Shown in pieces: positions 1 through 8,133 of a stretch of DNA of 32,000 bases (position 1 is the first letter of the stretch; the number at the start of each line of letters is the position of its first letter). The stretch covers positions 780,001 through 812,000 of the forward strand of contig JANQMZ010000007.1 in assembly GCA_028279805.1 (NCBI GenBank), written 5' to 3'. Source of the stretch: an archaeon. GTDB lineage: Archaea; Iainarchaeota; Iainarchaeia; Iainarchaeales; JANQMZ01. The position numbers and the translations under genes were made by a program. Below the pieces are notes generated by a model. It was not told the DNA's origin. It searched no databases and saw only the letters and a list, made by a program, of their open reading frames with translations.

Positions 1-785
1 TAAATTTAATGACTTTAAAAAACAAAAAAATAAAACCGGTAACCTGTAAAGAAGCTGCTGACAAAAAAATTGTTTCAGGAAAACTCATAGCTTATTATCT
101 GGCTTTGGTTCAAAAATTTTATGAAAAATTGGGAATTCCGTTAAAAAAAATGCGTTTCCGTGAACTTGATGATAATGATAAAGCGTTTTATTCAATTGAA
201 ACTTGGGATTTTGAAATTGAAACAGATTTGGGCTGGATTGAATTAATTGCCAATAACTACCGGGCAGATTATGATTTAAAAGCCCATTCAAAAGGCTCTA
301 AACAGGATTTGAGCATTAAAGAGGATGGTGAAAAATTTGTTCCCCATGTTTGGGAAATTTCTGCAGGAATTGACAGAACTTTTTATGTTGTTTTGGATAA
401 TGCTTTTAAAAAAGAAAAAAGAGGAAAAGAGGAAAGAATTTTTTTGAATCTGCCGATTTCTATTGCCCCTTATCTGGCAGGAGTATTCCCTTTAGTCAAA
501 AAAGACGGATTGCTTGAAAAATCAAAACAATTATTCCGGGAACTGGAAAAACATGGATTTGAACTGATTTTTGATGAAAAAGGTTCAATTGGAAGGCGTT
601 ATGCCAGAATTGATGAAATAGGTGTTCCTTTTGCAATAACTTTTGATTATGATTCTGTGAAAAATAATACTGTAACACTGCGTGAAAGAAATTCTTTAGA
701 ACAAAAACTTGTTAAAATTGAACAGTTATCCCAAACTTTGTGGAAATTGTCAAACGGAATTTTAACTTTCAACGAATTAAAATAG
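1..785 (+). CDS. glyS: Glycyl-tRNA synthetase, archaeal/eukaryotic type, C-terminal part (5' end upstream of window)
   Basis: The frame is open from the window edge (codon phase of nt 3) to TAG at 783-785. It has the class II motif-3-like 'PHVWEISAGIDRTFYVV' and a class IIa anticodon-binding domain pattern 'IAPYLAGVFPL...GSIGRRYARIDEIGVPFAITFDYDS'. Confidence 0.85.
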   Translation, partial: NLMTLKNKKIKPVTCKEAADKKIVSGKLIAYYLALVQKFYEKLGIPLKKMRFRELDDNDKAFYSIETWDFEIETDLGWIELIANNYRADYDLKAHSKGSKQDLSIKEDGEKFVPHVWEISAGIDRTFYVVLDNAFKKEKRGKEERIFLNLPISIAPYLAGVFPLVKKDGLLEKSKQLFRELEKHGFELIFDEKGSIGRRYARIDEIGVPFAITFDYDSVKNNTVTLRERNSLEQKLVKIEQLSQTLWKLSNGILTFNELK

Positions 786-848
786 TCCCATTGCGTAGGG
801 ACAGTCCGCGTGCCACTTTCAGTGGCACTTGCTCGCTAACGCTCGCAG
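785..848 (+). ncRNA. Candidate structured RNA element / glyS 3' element (GC-rich island with two hairpins)
   Basis: Hand count gives 39 G+C in 64 nt, against an AT-rich background. Hairpins: GTCCC(785-789)/GGGAC(798-802) and a perfect 7-bp GTGCCAC(810-816)/GTGGCAC(822-828) with a 5-nt loop. GCTCGC is directly repeated at 831-836 and 841-846. Strand and function are unknown. Confidence 0.25.
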
Positions 849-877
849 TTTATGCTTGATTCTGTTCGTAATACTTA

Positions 878-949
878 GCCCCGGTGGCTTAATGGCAGAG
901 CAATTGCTTCGTAAGCAATGGGTTGTGAGTTCAAATCTCATCCGGGGCT
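878..949 (+). tRNA. tRNA-Thr (anticodon CGU)
   Basis: Hand-folded cloverleaf. Acceptor GCCCCGG(878-884)/CCGGGGC(942-948). D stem GCTT/GAGC. Anticodon stem ATTGC/GCAAT with loop TTCGTAA (CGT at 910-912). T arm GTGAG-TTCAAAT-CTCAT. No encoded CCA. A TATA-like TTTATG at 849-854 sits about 27 nt upstream. Confidence 0.9.
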
Positions 950-1000
950 TTAAAACAAAAACAATTTAATTCTGTTTCACAACAATTATTATGTGATAAA

Positions 1001-1495
1001 ATGAAATTATTGCTTTTATCGGATTCCAAAACTCCTGTTAAAATTTTTCCAAAAGTAAAGGAAATTGTTTCTGAAAAAATTTCAAATCTTGAAATTGAAA
1101 TAGCTTATGTTCCTTTTATGGTTGATTTTCCTCAAAAAGTTTTGGAAGCTGAAAAAGATTTTGATTATATTTTTGTTTTTTCGTTATATGATGAGGAAAC
1201 CCCTGAAATTAAAACTGTGATGGAAAAACTGATTGAAGTGGAAATTAAAACAGGCAAAAAAATTATGAAAATTTTGAGGGAGACAGATTTTGAAGGAACA
1301 AATAAAAAAGAGTTAAAATCTTTGTCAAAAAAGTTGACAAAAAAATGGAGTTTTTTTATTATTGAATACATTGCTCCTGAAAAAACAGCTAAAAAAGCTG
1401 AATTTGAAGAAGATCCTGATGAATTTGCAGATGATGAAAAAGTATTTGGCGCGGATGATGATATGTTTGCCTCAAATGACTCAGAATACCGTTAA
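1001..1495 (+). CDS. Hypothetical protein, small alpha/beta domain with acidic C-terminal tail (weak lumazine/riboflavin-synthase-like pattern)
   Basis: 164-aa ORF. 'IEIAYVPFMVDFPQKVLEAEKDFDYIFVFS' loosely recalls the 'VPGxFDxP...KKLLE..D.DAVV' core of the lumazine synthase fold. The tail is 'EFEEDPDEFADDEKVFGADDDMFASNDSEYR'. The fold assignment is speculative. Confidence 0.6.
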   Translation: MKLLLLSDSKTPVKIFPKVKEIVSEKISNLEIEIAYVPFMVDFPQKVLEAEKDFDYIFVFSLYDEETPEIKTVMEKLIEVEIKTGKKIMKILRETDFEGTNKKELKSLSKKLTKKWSFFIIEYIAPEKTAKKAEFEEDPDEFADDEKVFGADDDMFASNDSEYR

Positions 1496-2538
1496 TTTTT
1501 TTTATTTTTAAGTTTTTTTTCCAGTTTTTTTGCTTCTTCGCTTTTTTCAACAGCCAAATCCCTGAAATGCTTTAAGTTTTTTTCATTTTCATTTAACCTT
1601 TTTTTCAATACTTGTATTTTTGTTTCAAGTTTTTCTTCAGCTTCCTGTTTTGCTTTAATTTTTTTTTCTTCCAGTGACAACAGTTCTTTGCTGTAATGGT
1701 TTCTCATTTTAATTGTTTCATTTTCAGCTTCCAGCAGAGTTTTTCTTGCAACATCTCTTTCATTTTTTAACAATGTTATTAATTCACTTGCTTTTTTATA
1801 ATAATTTGAATAGTTTTGTTCCAAAATGCTTATTTTCATTTTTAACTGAATAAAACTTTTCTGCAAAACGTCCAAACTTTTTTCATAATTGTGAACAAAG
1901 GAATTTAACTGGGTTTTTTGTTTTTCAAGTTTTAAATCGGTTTCATGCATTTCTTGTTCCAATTCAGCTGCATTTTCTTCCCTTTGAAAACCCCAGAATG
2001 TTTTTTTTCTGATATCCTGGTATTTTTTTCTCAAATCCTGTAATTCCTGTTCTTTTGAATCAAGCAAGTCCATTACATTTTTTGCAACGGTTTGCTTTTC
2101 AATGGGATTCATGTTTTGTTTTTTTTCAAAAATATTAACTCGTTCAAAATAAAATCTTGCATCCAAAACCGTGTTTAAAAGTTTTTGCTGCAAGCTTGCA
2201 AACAATTCCCCTTCATTTTCATCAAATTCTTCGTTTGTCACACTTGTTTTGTTTTTTTCAAGTTCAATGTTTTTTTCAAACACTTTTATTGTATCCAGAA
2301 CAGTGCCAAGAATTTCTTTGGGATTCGGAAAATCTGACAACGATTTTTTTTCATAATTTTCTTTTAATTCTTCCAAAAAAATTTGTAATTCTTCCAATTC
2401 TTTTAACGCATTTTTTAATTCTTTTACAATTATTTCAGAATTTGTTTCATGCCAGTTAAAAGATTCTGCTTTTTCCTGCAGTGAATCAAGTGTTTTTTCA
2501 GCTGTTTCCCATAAAACTTCCAAAGCCATAATATTCAT
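1492..2538 (-). CDS. Hypothetical long coiled-coil protein (K/E-rich)
   Basis: 348-aa ORF with heptad-like E/K/L-rich sequence throughout and no recognisable catalytic motif. Its stop codon shares TTAA (1492-1495) with the convergent gene. Confidence 0.65.
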   Translation of the reverse strand: MNIMALEVLWETAEKTLDSLQEKAESFNWHETNSEIIVKELKNALKELEELQIFLEELKENYEKKSLSDFPNPKEILGTVLDTIKVFEKNIELEKNKTSVTNEEFDENEGELFASLQQKLLNTVLDARFYFERVNIFEKKQNMNPIEKQTVAKNVMDLLDSKEQELQDLRKKYQDIRKKTFWGFQREENAAELEQEMHETDLKLEKQKTQLNSFVHNYEKSLDVLQKSFIQLKMKISILEQNYSNYYKKASELITLLKNERDVARKTLLEAENETIKMRNHYSKELLSLEEKKIKAKQEAEEKLETKIQVLKKRLNENEKNLKHFRDLAVEKSEEAKKLEKKLKNKKN

Positions 2539-2608
2539 TTATGATTGCTCTGTTAAGTTTTATATACTTTAACATTATAATGAATGGCAACAGCAGGGGG
2601 CTTTTTTA

Positions 2609-3601
2609 ATGGAATTGTTTGAAGATAAAGGTTTTCGTGTAAAAGGAACAAATCTGTTAATAGACCCTTCAACAACAAAGCATTCCGGGGCAATTTTAAC
2701 CCATGCTCATTCAGATCATGTTAATTTCAATGAAAAATCAAAAATAACAGCGTCACAGGAAACTCTTGACCTGATTAATGTTTCCTATAAGCCTGTGAAA
2801 AAATCAAATCCTTTAAAATTTTCAAAAAAAACAAATTTTGACAATGCAAAAATTTCTTTGCATAACGCCGGACACATTTTGGGTTCTTCACAGGTTTTAA
2901 TTGAAGGTGAAAAAACATTAGCTTTCACATCCGATTTTAAAACACAGGATTCTTTAATTTTAAAAAAAGCAGAACAATTAAACTCAGATATTCTGGCAAT
3001 AGAATCCACTTTTGGTTTACCTTCCTTTAATTTTCCTCATAGGGAAAAAATTTATGAGGACATGGTTTCATGGACAAAACAGCAGCTTGCATTAAAGCGT
3101 TTTATTGTTTTAAGCGGTTATTCTTTAGGCAAAGCACAGGAATTAACAAAATTTTGCAATGATTTTTTGGGAATTAGCCCGGTTGTTCATGAAAAAATTT
3201 TTGAAAACAACAAAGTTTACGAAAAACACGGCGTAAAATTAGGCACTTATTACAAGCTTAACCATAACCTGAACGATTCAAATATTTTGATTATGCCTCC
3301 GTCTTTGGCAAAACCAACATTGTTTTATGCCCTGGAACAATCTCTTGGAAAAAAAGTTTCAAGTGCTTTGGCAACAGGCTGGTTTTATCGCCGAGGACAC
3401 GACACAGTTTTTCCTTTATCCGATCATTCAGATTTTAATTCTTCCCTGGATTATATTAAAAATGCGGAACCAAAACTTGTTTTAACAATGCATGGTTTTG
3501 CTGATGAATTTGCCAGATATATTGAAAGGCGTTTAAAAATTCCCGCAAGAGCCTTAAACGGTTCTTCCAAAAAACAAAAAGCATTAATTGAATTTGCTTA
3601 A
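2609..3601 (+). CDS. Metallo-beta-lactamase-fold hydrolase, beta-CASP-like (RNA/DNA-processing nuclease family)
   Basis: Has the 'LTHAHSDH' HxHxDH zinc motif, 'HNAGHILGS', and C-terminal 'PLSDHSDF' and 'VLTMHG' motifs in the order expected for short beta-CASP nucleases. An SD-like AGGGGG lies 8 nt upstream of the ATG. Confidence 0.75.
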   Translation: MELFEDKGFRVKGTNLLIDPSTTKHSGAILTHAHSDHVNFNEKSKITASQETLDLINVSYKPVKKSNPLKFSKKTNFDNAKISLHNAGHILGSSQVLIEGEKTLAFTSDFKTQDSLILKKAEQLNSDILAIESTFGLPSFNFPHREKIYEDMVSWTKQQLALKRFIVLSGYSLGKAQELTKFCNDFLGISPVVHEKIFENNKVYEKHGVKLGTYYKLNHNLNDSNILIMPPSLAKPTLFYALEQSLGKKVSSALATGWFYRRGHDTVFPLSDHSDFNSSLDYIKNAEPKLVLTMHGFADEFARYIERRLKIPARALNGSSKKQKALIEFA

Positions 3602-4230
3602 CGCCTTCTAAACCTTTCAAAAATCCACAGCAAACTTTTTGGTCTTGGTTTTTTTGGTCTTCCAGGAACTCTTCTGGCTTTATGCAGTTGCCTTAATCTT
3701 TCAGCTCCTTTTAATGAAATTTCATAATATTCCTGAAGCGAATAAGTTTTGCCAGGATCAATTCCAAGCCTTTTTAACTGTCTTTCTCTAAGTACGCCAA
3801 TATGTTCCTTGTTTTTACTGTGCATTATTTTATAATCCTGAAATTCTTTTCTTTCCAGCAGCATTTCTAAAACTGTTAAATGAACCGTTGTTCCAAGCCC
3901 GACACCCATTAAATCTTCTAATTTTGCCGCTGAATAAATATCCCACTTTGACCCGAACGGATAAAAGTCTTTCCATTCAAGTGTTTTGATTTGGCTGTGA
4001 TTTTCTAAAATTATGTCCCCAATTCTTATTGTTCCGGTAATTGTTTCCCTCGCATTTCTTGGCCTTAAACCTTCCCTTATCAGTTCACCGGGTTTTTCTG
4101 TTTCAATAAAACCATCTGTTTTTCTTTTATGCAATCTTCTTCCGATTAAAACATCAAAATAAACTCTGCCCAAATCTTCTCTTATTGAAGAATCTCTTAC
4201 AATTAAACCCCATTGAAATCTTTCAAGCAT
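3598..4230 (-). CDS. Hypothetical Arg-rich protein with C-terminal AT-hook-like basic tail
   Basis: 210-aa ORF. By hand count 26 Arg against 18 Lys, which is atypical for this Lys-rich window. The C-terminus is 'ARRVPGRPKKPRPK...ERFRRR' (GRP core). 'MGVGLGTTVHLTVLEMLLE' is faintly GNAT-motif-A-like (weak). A TATA-like box lies about 26 nt upstream of the ATG. Confidence 0.6.
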   Translation of the reverse strand: MLERFQWGLIVRDSSIREDLGRVYFDVLIGRRLHKRKTDGFIETEKPGELIREGLRPRNARETITGTIRIGDIILENHSQIKTLEWKDFYPFGSKWDIYSAAKLEDLMGVGLGTTVHLTVLEMLLERKEFQDYKIMHSKNKEHIGVLRERQLKRLGIDPGKTYSLQEYYEISLKGAERLRQLHKARRVPGRPKKPRPKSLLWIFERFRRR

Positions 4231-4251
4231 AATAACATTCCTGTTTTTAAG

Positions 4252-4260
4252 TTATAAAAA
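4252..4260 (-). promoter_or_regulatory. TATA-like box (TTTTTATAA on minus strand) for the 3598-4230 gene, consistent with a leaderless transcript
   Basis: Centred about 26 nt upstream of the ATG at 4230. Archaeal TATA boxes are centred near -26/-27 from the TSS. AT-rich background makes chance matches common. Confidence 0.3.
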
Positions 4261-4299
4261 CTTATTCAATAAAAATGCAGGATTCAAACACTCAAAACC

Positions 4300-4307
4300 T
4301 TTAAATA
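4300..4307 (+). promoter_or_regulatory. TATA-like box (TTTAAATA) for the 4331-4660 gene, consistent with a leaderless transcript
   Basis: Centred about 27 nt upstream of the ATG at 4331. Same caveat as the divergent partner. Confidence 0.3.
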
Positions 4308-4330
4308 TGATAAATTGTTATTTTTGTTTT

Positions 4331-4660
4331 ATGAGAGAATCAAGGTATGGTGCGGCAAGATTTCAGGGAGGAAGAAAACAGGGTTTTATGGGTGTAACTC
4401 CAAAAGCCGCCGGTTCTGTAAGAGCCAAAAGGCTTAGAGTTATTTTCGAAGTAAGTGAGGAAACCAAAATTCCCCTTCCAAAACTGAGGCAAAGATATAA
4501 TACTTTATCAAAACTTGGTTTTGACCCGGCCAGACAACCGGTTTCATTGCTTTTTCCTGATGATTTTATTGCAAGATTAAAAAAAGCATCGGAAGCAAGG
4601 CGTAAAAAAATGTTTGACAACATGGTTGCCCATTTAACACAGAAACCTAGGAACGCCTAA
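4331..4660 (+). CDS. Hypothetical small basic (Arg-rich) protein
   Basis: The ORF track starts at 4307. I prefer the ATG at 4331 (MRESRYG...) because 4307 lies inside the TATA-like box. By hand count 14 Arg and 11 Lys in 109 aa. It shares an 'LxKLG[IF]DP...SL...RL...ARR' motif with the divergent 210-aa protein. Confidence 0.5.
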   Translation: MRESRYGAARFQGGRKQGFMGVTPKAAGSVRAKRLRVIFEVSEETKIPLPKLRQRYNTLSKLGFDPARQPVSLLFPDDFIARLKKASEARRKKMFDNMVAHLTQKPRNA

Positions 4661-4726
4661 ATATTCAAAAATTGCTTTTTTTTTGTTTTAGGTTAAGATT
4701 TTAATTGTTTTTTGTCTTTTTTTGAC

Positions 4727-6034
4727 ATGGAAAGAATTCATTCAGGCAGAATTCCCGGTTTAAAAGGCCAAAAAATTTTGGTTTCAGGCTGGATTCATGA
4801 CATCAGGGATTTTGGCAACTTAAAATTTTTAATTTTAAAAGACAAAGAAGGAACAATGCAAATAACAATTCCTGCAAAAAAAGCATCAAAAGAAGTTACA
4901 AGCATTGCAAGCCAGTTAACAAAAGAGTCAGTCATATCTGTTTTAGGAAATGTAAAAGAATCTGACAAAGCAAGACAAGGTTTTGAAATAATTCCTGAAA
5001 AAATTGAATTATTGTCAAAATCTGAAACACCTGTTCCAATTGACATGAGTAAAAAAATTGAATCTGATTTGTCAACAAGATTGGATTACAGGTTTCTGGA
5101 TGTAAGGAATGAAAAAAGCATTGCATTATTTAAAATTCGTTCAAAAATGTTGAATCTTATTACAAACTTTTTTGATTCAAACAATTTTGTTGCAATTAAC
5201 ACTCCCAAAATAACATCTTCAGGAGTTGAATCAGGTTCAGAATTATTCAAAGTTGACTATTTTGGAAAAAACGCTTTTTTGGCTCAAAGCCCGCAAATTT
5301 ACAAGCAAATGTTTGTTGCGGCTGGATTTGAAAAAGTTTATGAAATCGGTTCAGTTTTTCGCGCAGAAAAATCTAACACTTCAAGGCATGTGACAGAATT
5401 TATCGGAATTGATTTTGAACAGGGCTTTATTAAAGATGAACATGATGCAATGGATACAGCAGAACAGTTAATGGTTTACTTGGTTGAGGGCATTGAAAAA
5501 GAATTAAAAGATGAATTAAAATTATGGGAAAGAAAACCTGTTAAAATGAAAAAATTTCCAAGAATCAGTTTTGAAAAAGCGGTTGAATTGCTGGCTGATG
5601 AAGGCAAAAAAATTCCAAAAAATGAAGATTTTGACCCTGAAGCTGAAAAACTTTTAAGCAAAATTATTCTGGAAAAACAAAAATCAGAATTTGTTTTCAT
5701 TTACAATTATCCTTACGTTAAAAGGCCTTTTTATCACATGAAACCTGAAAAAGATTCTCATGGCACCAAATCTTTTGATTTGCTGTGGAACGGCCTTGAA
5801 ATTGGCACAGGAGCCCAAAGAGAACATCGTTATGACATTTTAAAAAAACAGGCAAAAGAAAAAGGCATTAATCTTGATGAAATGCAGGATTATGCCAAAA
5901 TTTTTCAATATGGCTGCCCTCCTCACGGGGGAATGGGTTTGGGTCTGGACAGGTTTGTTGAAGCTTTTTTAAAACTTGACAACATCAGAGAAGCAATTTT
6001 GTTGCCAAGAGACCCTGAGAGGCTGACTCCATGA
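4727..6034 (+). CDS. aspS: Aspartyl-tRNA synthetase (archaeal type, class IIb)
   Basis: N-terminal OB fold 'VSGWIHDIRDFGNLKFLILKD'. 'QSPQIYKQMFVAAGFEKVYEIGSVFRAEKSNTSRHVTEFIGIDFE' (motif 2). 'GGMGLGLDRFV' (motif 3). I prefer the ATG at 4727 to the in-frame TTG at 4712 used by the ORF track. Confidence 0.9.
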   Translation: MERIHSGRIPGLKGQKILVSGWIHDIRDFGNLKFLILKDKEGTMQITIPAKKASKEVTSIASQLTKESVISVLGNVKESDKARQGFEIIPEKIELLSKSETPVPIDMSKKIESDLSTRLDYRFLDVRNEKSIALFKIRSKMLNLITNFFDSNNFVAINTPKITSSGVESGSELFKVDYFGKNAFLAQSPQIYKQMFVAAGFEKVYEIGSVFRAEKSNTSRHVTEFIGIDFEQGFIKDEHDAMDTAEQLMVYLVEGIEKELKDELKLWERKPVKMKKFPRISFEKAVELLADEGKKIPKNEDFDPEAEKLLSKIILEKQKSEFVFIYNYPYVKRPFYHMKPEKDSHGTKSFDLLWNGLEIGTGAQREHRYDILKKQAKEKGINLDEMQDYAKIFQYGCPPHGGMGLGLDRFVEAFLKLDNIREAILLPRDPERLTP

Positions 6035-7347
6035 AAGAATTAAATTATTTGGAAAAAGACATTTCAAAAATTTCACAAATATTAAAAAAAGGCAAAGGCT
6101 CATTTAAAACAAGAGGCTGGTTTAAAAGAAAAAGAGAATTAAAAAACAAGATTTTTTTTATTTTATTTGATGAAACAAGTGAATTGCAATGTGTGGTTGA
6201 CAGGGATAAAGCTTTGAAAGATTTAATTAAGGATGCTGAAAAAGTTACAATTCAGTCAAGTGTTGAACTGGAAGGCCAATTAAAAAAAGATGAGCGTGCC
6301 CCTGACGGATTTGAATTGCAGATTAAAAAAATGCACATTGTTGGTTTGGCTCAAGATTTTCCAATCGGGAAAGATTTATCAACAGAATTTTTAATGGACG
6401 TTCGCCATTTATGGTTAAGAAGTGCAAAAATGCGTGACGCTTTAAAAGTCAGGGCAACTGTTTTTGATTCTTTCAGAAAATTTATGGAAAAAGAAAATGT
6501 TGTTGAAACACAGGGAGCAATGTTTGTATCCGGTTCTGTGGAAGGGGGTTCAACATTGTTTGAGGTTCCATATTTTGGAAAAAAAGCTTTTCTGACACAG
6601 TCAAGCCAGTTTTATTTGGAAGTGTTAATGCATTCTCTTGGAAAAGTTTATACGATTGCTCCGTCTTTTCGTGCTGAAAAATCCAAAACAAGGCGCCATT
6701 TAACAGAATTCTGGCATGCAGAAGTTGAACTGCCCTGGGCGCATTTGGAAGACATTATTGATTTTGAGGAAAGAATGATTAAATTTATGGTTAAAACCGT
6801 TGTTGAAAAAAATTCAAAAGAATTAAAGGCTTTAGGCAGAAACACTGAAGATTTAATGCCAACAATTGAACAAAAATTTCACAGAAAAAAATACAAAGAT
6901 GTAGTAAAAGATGCTATGAAAAAATTTTCATACTTAAAACACGGTTCCGATTTGGGTGAAAAAGAGGAAAGGGAGATAACCAAAAGCCTGAAAAAACCCC
7001 TTATTATTACCCATTATCCTGATTCTTTGAAGCCTTTTTATCATCGACGCAACCCTGATAATCCGAAAGAAATTTTATGCAATGACATTCTGGCACCTGA
7101 AGGTTTTGGTGAGATTATCGGTTCTGGTGAAAGGGTGTGGAATGAAAAAAAACTGGTTGAACAAATTAAAAAAGACAAATTAAACCCGGAAGACTATCAA
7201 TGGTATGTTGATTTGAGAAAATTTGGCTCCGTGCCAAGAGCCGGCTTTGGAATGGGTCTGGACCGGTTTACTGCATGGATTGTTAACGCGGAACACATCA
7301 GGGATGTAATTCCTTTGCCCAGAACCATGAACAGAATTGCTCCATGA
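6031..7347 (+). CDS. asnS: Asparaginyl-tRNA synthetase (class IIb)
   Basis: 'TQSSQFYLEVLMHSLGKVYTIAPSFRAEKSKTRRHLTEFWHAEVE' and 'AGFGMGLDRFTAWI' are AsnRS-type. A full N-terminal OB domain is present. The start overlaps the aspS stop (ATGA, 6031-6034). Confidence 0.88.
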   Translation: MKELNYLEKDISKISQILKKGKGSFKTRGWFKRKRELKNKIFFILFDETSELQCVVDRDKALKDLIKDAEKVTIQSSVELEGQLKKDERAPDGFELQIKKMHIVGLAQDFPIGKDLSTEFLMDVRHLWLRSAKMRDALKVRATVFDSFRKFMEKENVVETQGAMFVSGSVEGGSTLFEVPYFGKKAFLTQSSQFYLEVLMHSLGKVYTIAPSFRAEKSKTRRHLTEFWHAEVELPWAHLEDIIDFEERMIKFMVKTVVEKNSKELKALGRNTEDLMPTIEQKFHRKKYKDVVKDAMKKFSYLKHGSDLGEKEEREITKSLKKPLIITHYPDSLKPFYHRRNPDNPKEILCNDILAPEGFGEIIGSGERVWNEKKLVEQIKKDKLNPEDYQWYVDLRKFGSVPRAGFGMGLDRFTAWIVNAEHIRDVIPLPRTMNRIAP

Positions 7348-8126
7348 TGCTTATGAGAGAACTTGAACTTGCAAAAAAAGCAGCTTTGGTTGGCGGCAAA
7401 GAAGCATTAAAATATTTTGGCAAAATAAAAAAAGTTTCTCAAAAAACTTCTTTTGGAGATTTTGCAACAAAAGCGGATATTGCAGCTGAAAAAAAAATTT
7501 TATCAATTATAAAAAAACGTTTTCCCGAACACGATATTGTTGCCGAAGAATCGGGCTTGCAAAAATCAGAATCAGATTTTACATGGTTTGTTGACCCGAT
7601 TGATGGAACCACAAACTTTTTTCATAAAAATCCTTTTTTTTGCTGTTCTGTTGCTTTGAGGAAAAAAAACAAATTTGTTGTTGGGGCAGTCTATGATCCT
7701 ATAAGAAAAGAATTATTTCACGCTGCAAAAGGCAAAGGCGCTTTTTTAAACGGAAAACGCATAAAAGTTTCAAATGCTTCAAAATTAAACCAATGCCTTG
7801 GAGCAACAGGTTTTGCTTATGACCGAAAAAATTTAATGAAAAAAAATTTAAAACTTGTTCAAAAAATTTTGCCGCAAATTCATGGCATAAGAAGGGACGG
7901 GGCTGCTGCCCTTGATTTGTGTTATGTTGCTTCAGGGCGCTTTGATTTATACTGGGAGTTCGGATTAAAACCATGGGATTTGGCTGCAGGAATAGGAATA
8001 ATAGAGGAAGCCGGAGGCAAAGTAACGGATGAAAAAGGCAAACCTGTTAAAAATTTAAAAAAATGGGTTGTTGCTTCAAATTCAAAAGTGCATTCAAAAC
8101 TAATTAAAGAACTTGGATTCAAATAA
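7344..8126 (+). CDS. suhB: Inositol monophosphatase family protein (archaeal IMPase/FBPase-type)
   Basis: Motifs 'VAEESG', 'WFVDPIDGTTNF' and 'WDLAAG'. The start overlaps the asnS stop (ATGA, 7344-7347). Confidence 0.85.
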   Translation: MMLMRELELAKKAALVGGKEALKYFGKIKKVSQKTSFGDFATKADIAAEKKILSIIKKRFPEHDIVAEESGLQKSESDFTWFVDPIDGTTNFFHKNPFFCCSVALRKKNKFVVGAVYDPIRKELFHAAKGKGAFLNGKRIKVSNASKLNQCLGATGFAYDRKNLMKKNLKLVQKILPQIHGIRRDGAAALDLCYVASGRFDLYWEFGLKPWDLAAGIGIIEEAGGKVTDEKGKPVKNLKKWVVASNSKVHSKLIKELGFK

Positions 8127-8133
8127 TTTTTTT

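Noticed and set aside
1435-1495. The acidic tail 'GADDDMFASNDSEYR' of the 164-aa protein resembles the eukaryotic stalk P-protein end 'DDDMGFGLFD'. This is tempting given that P0 here lacks its terminal peptide.
   Set aside because: The similarity is only 4-5 residues in an acidic low-complexity context, and the hydrophobic GFGLF core is missing. It is most likely coincidence.
4712-4726. Upstream TTG extension of aspS used by the ORF track. The same issue applies at 8113 (yjbQ-like), 15138 (surface protein) and 30201 (GTG, wHTH-domain protein).
   Set aside because: In each case a nearby in-frame ATG gives an N-terminus that fits the family or signal peptide better. It also avoids overlap with the upstream gene or respects SD spacing. 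I kept the extensions as alternatives only.
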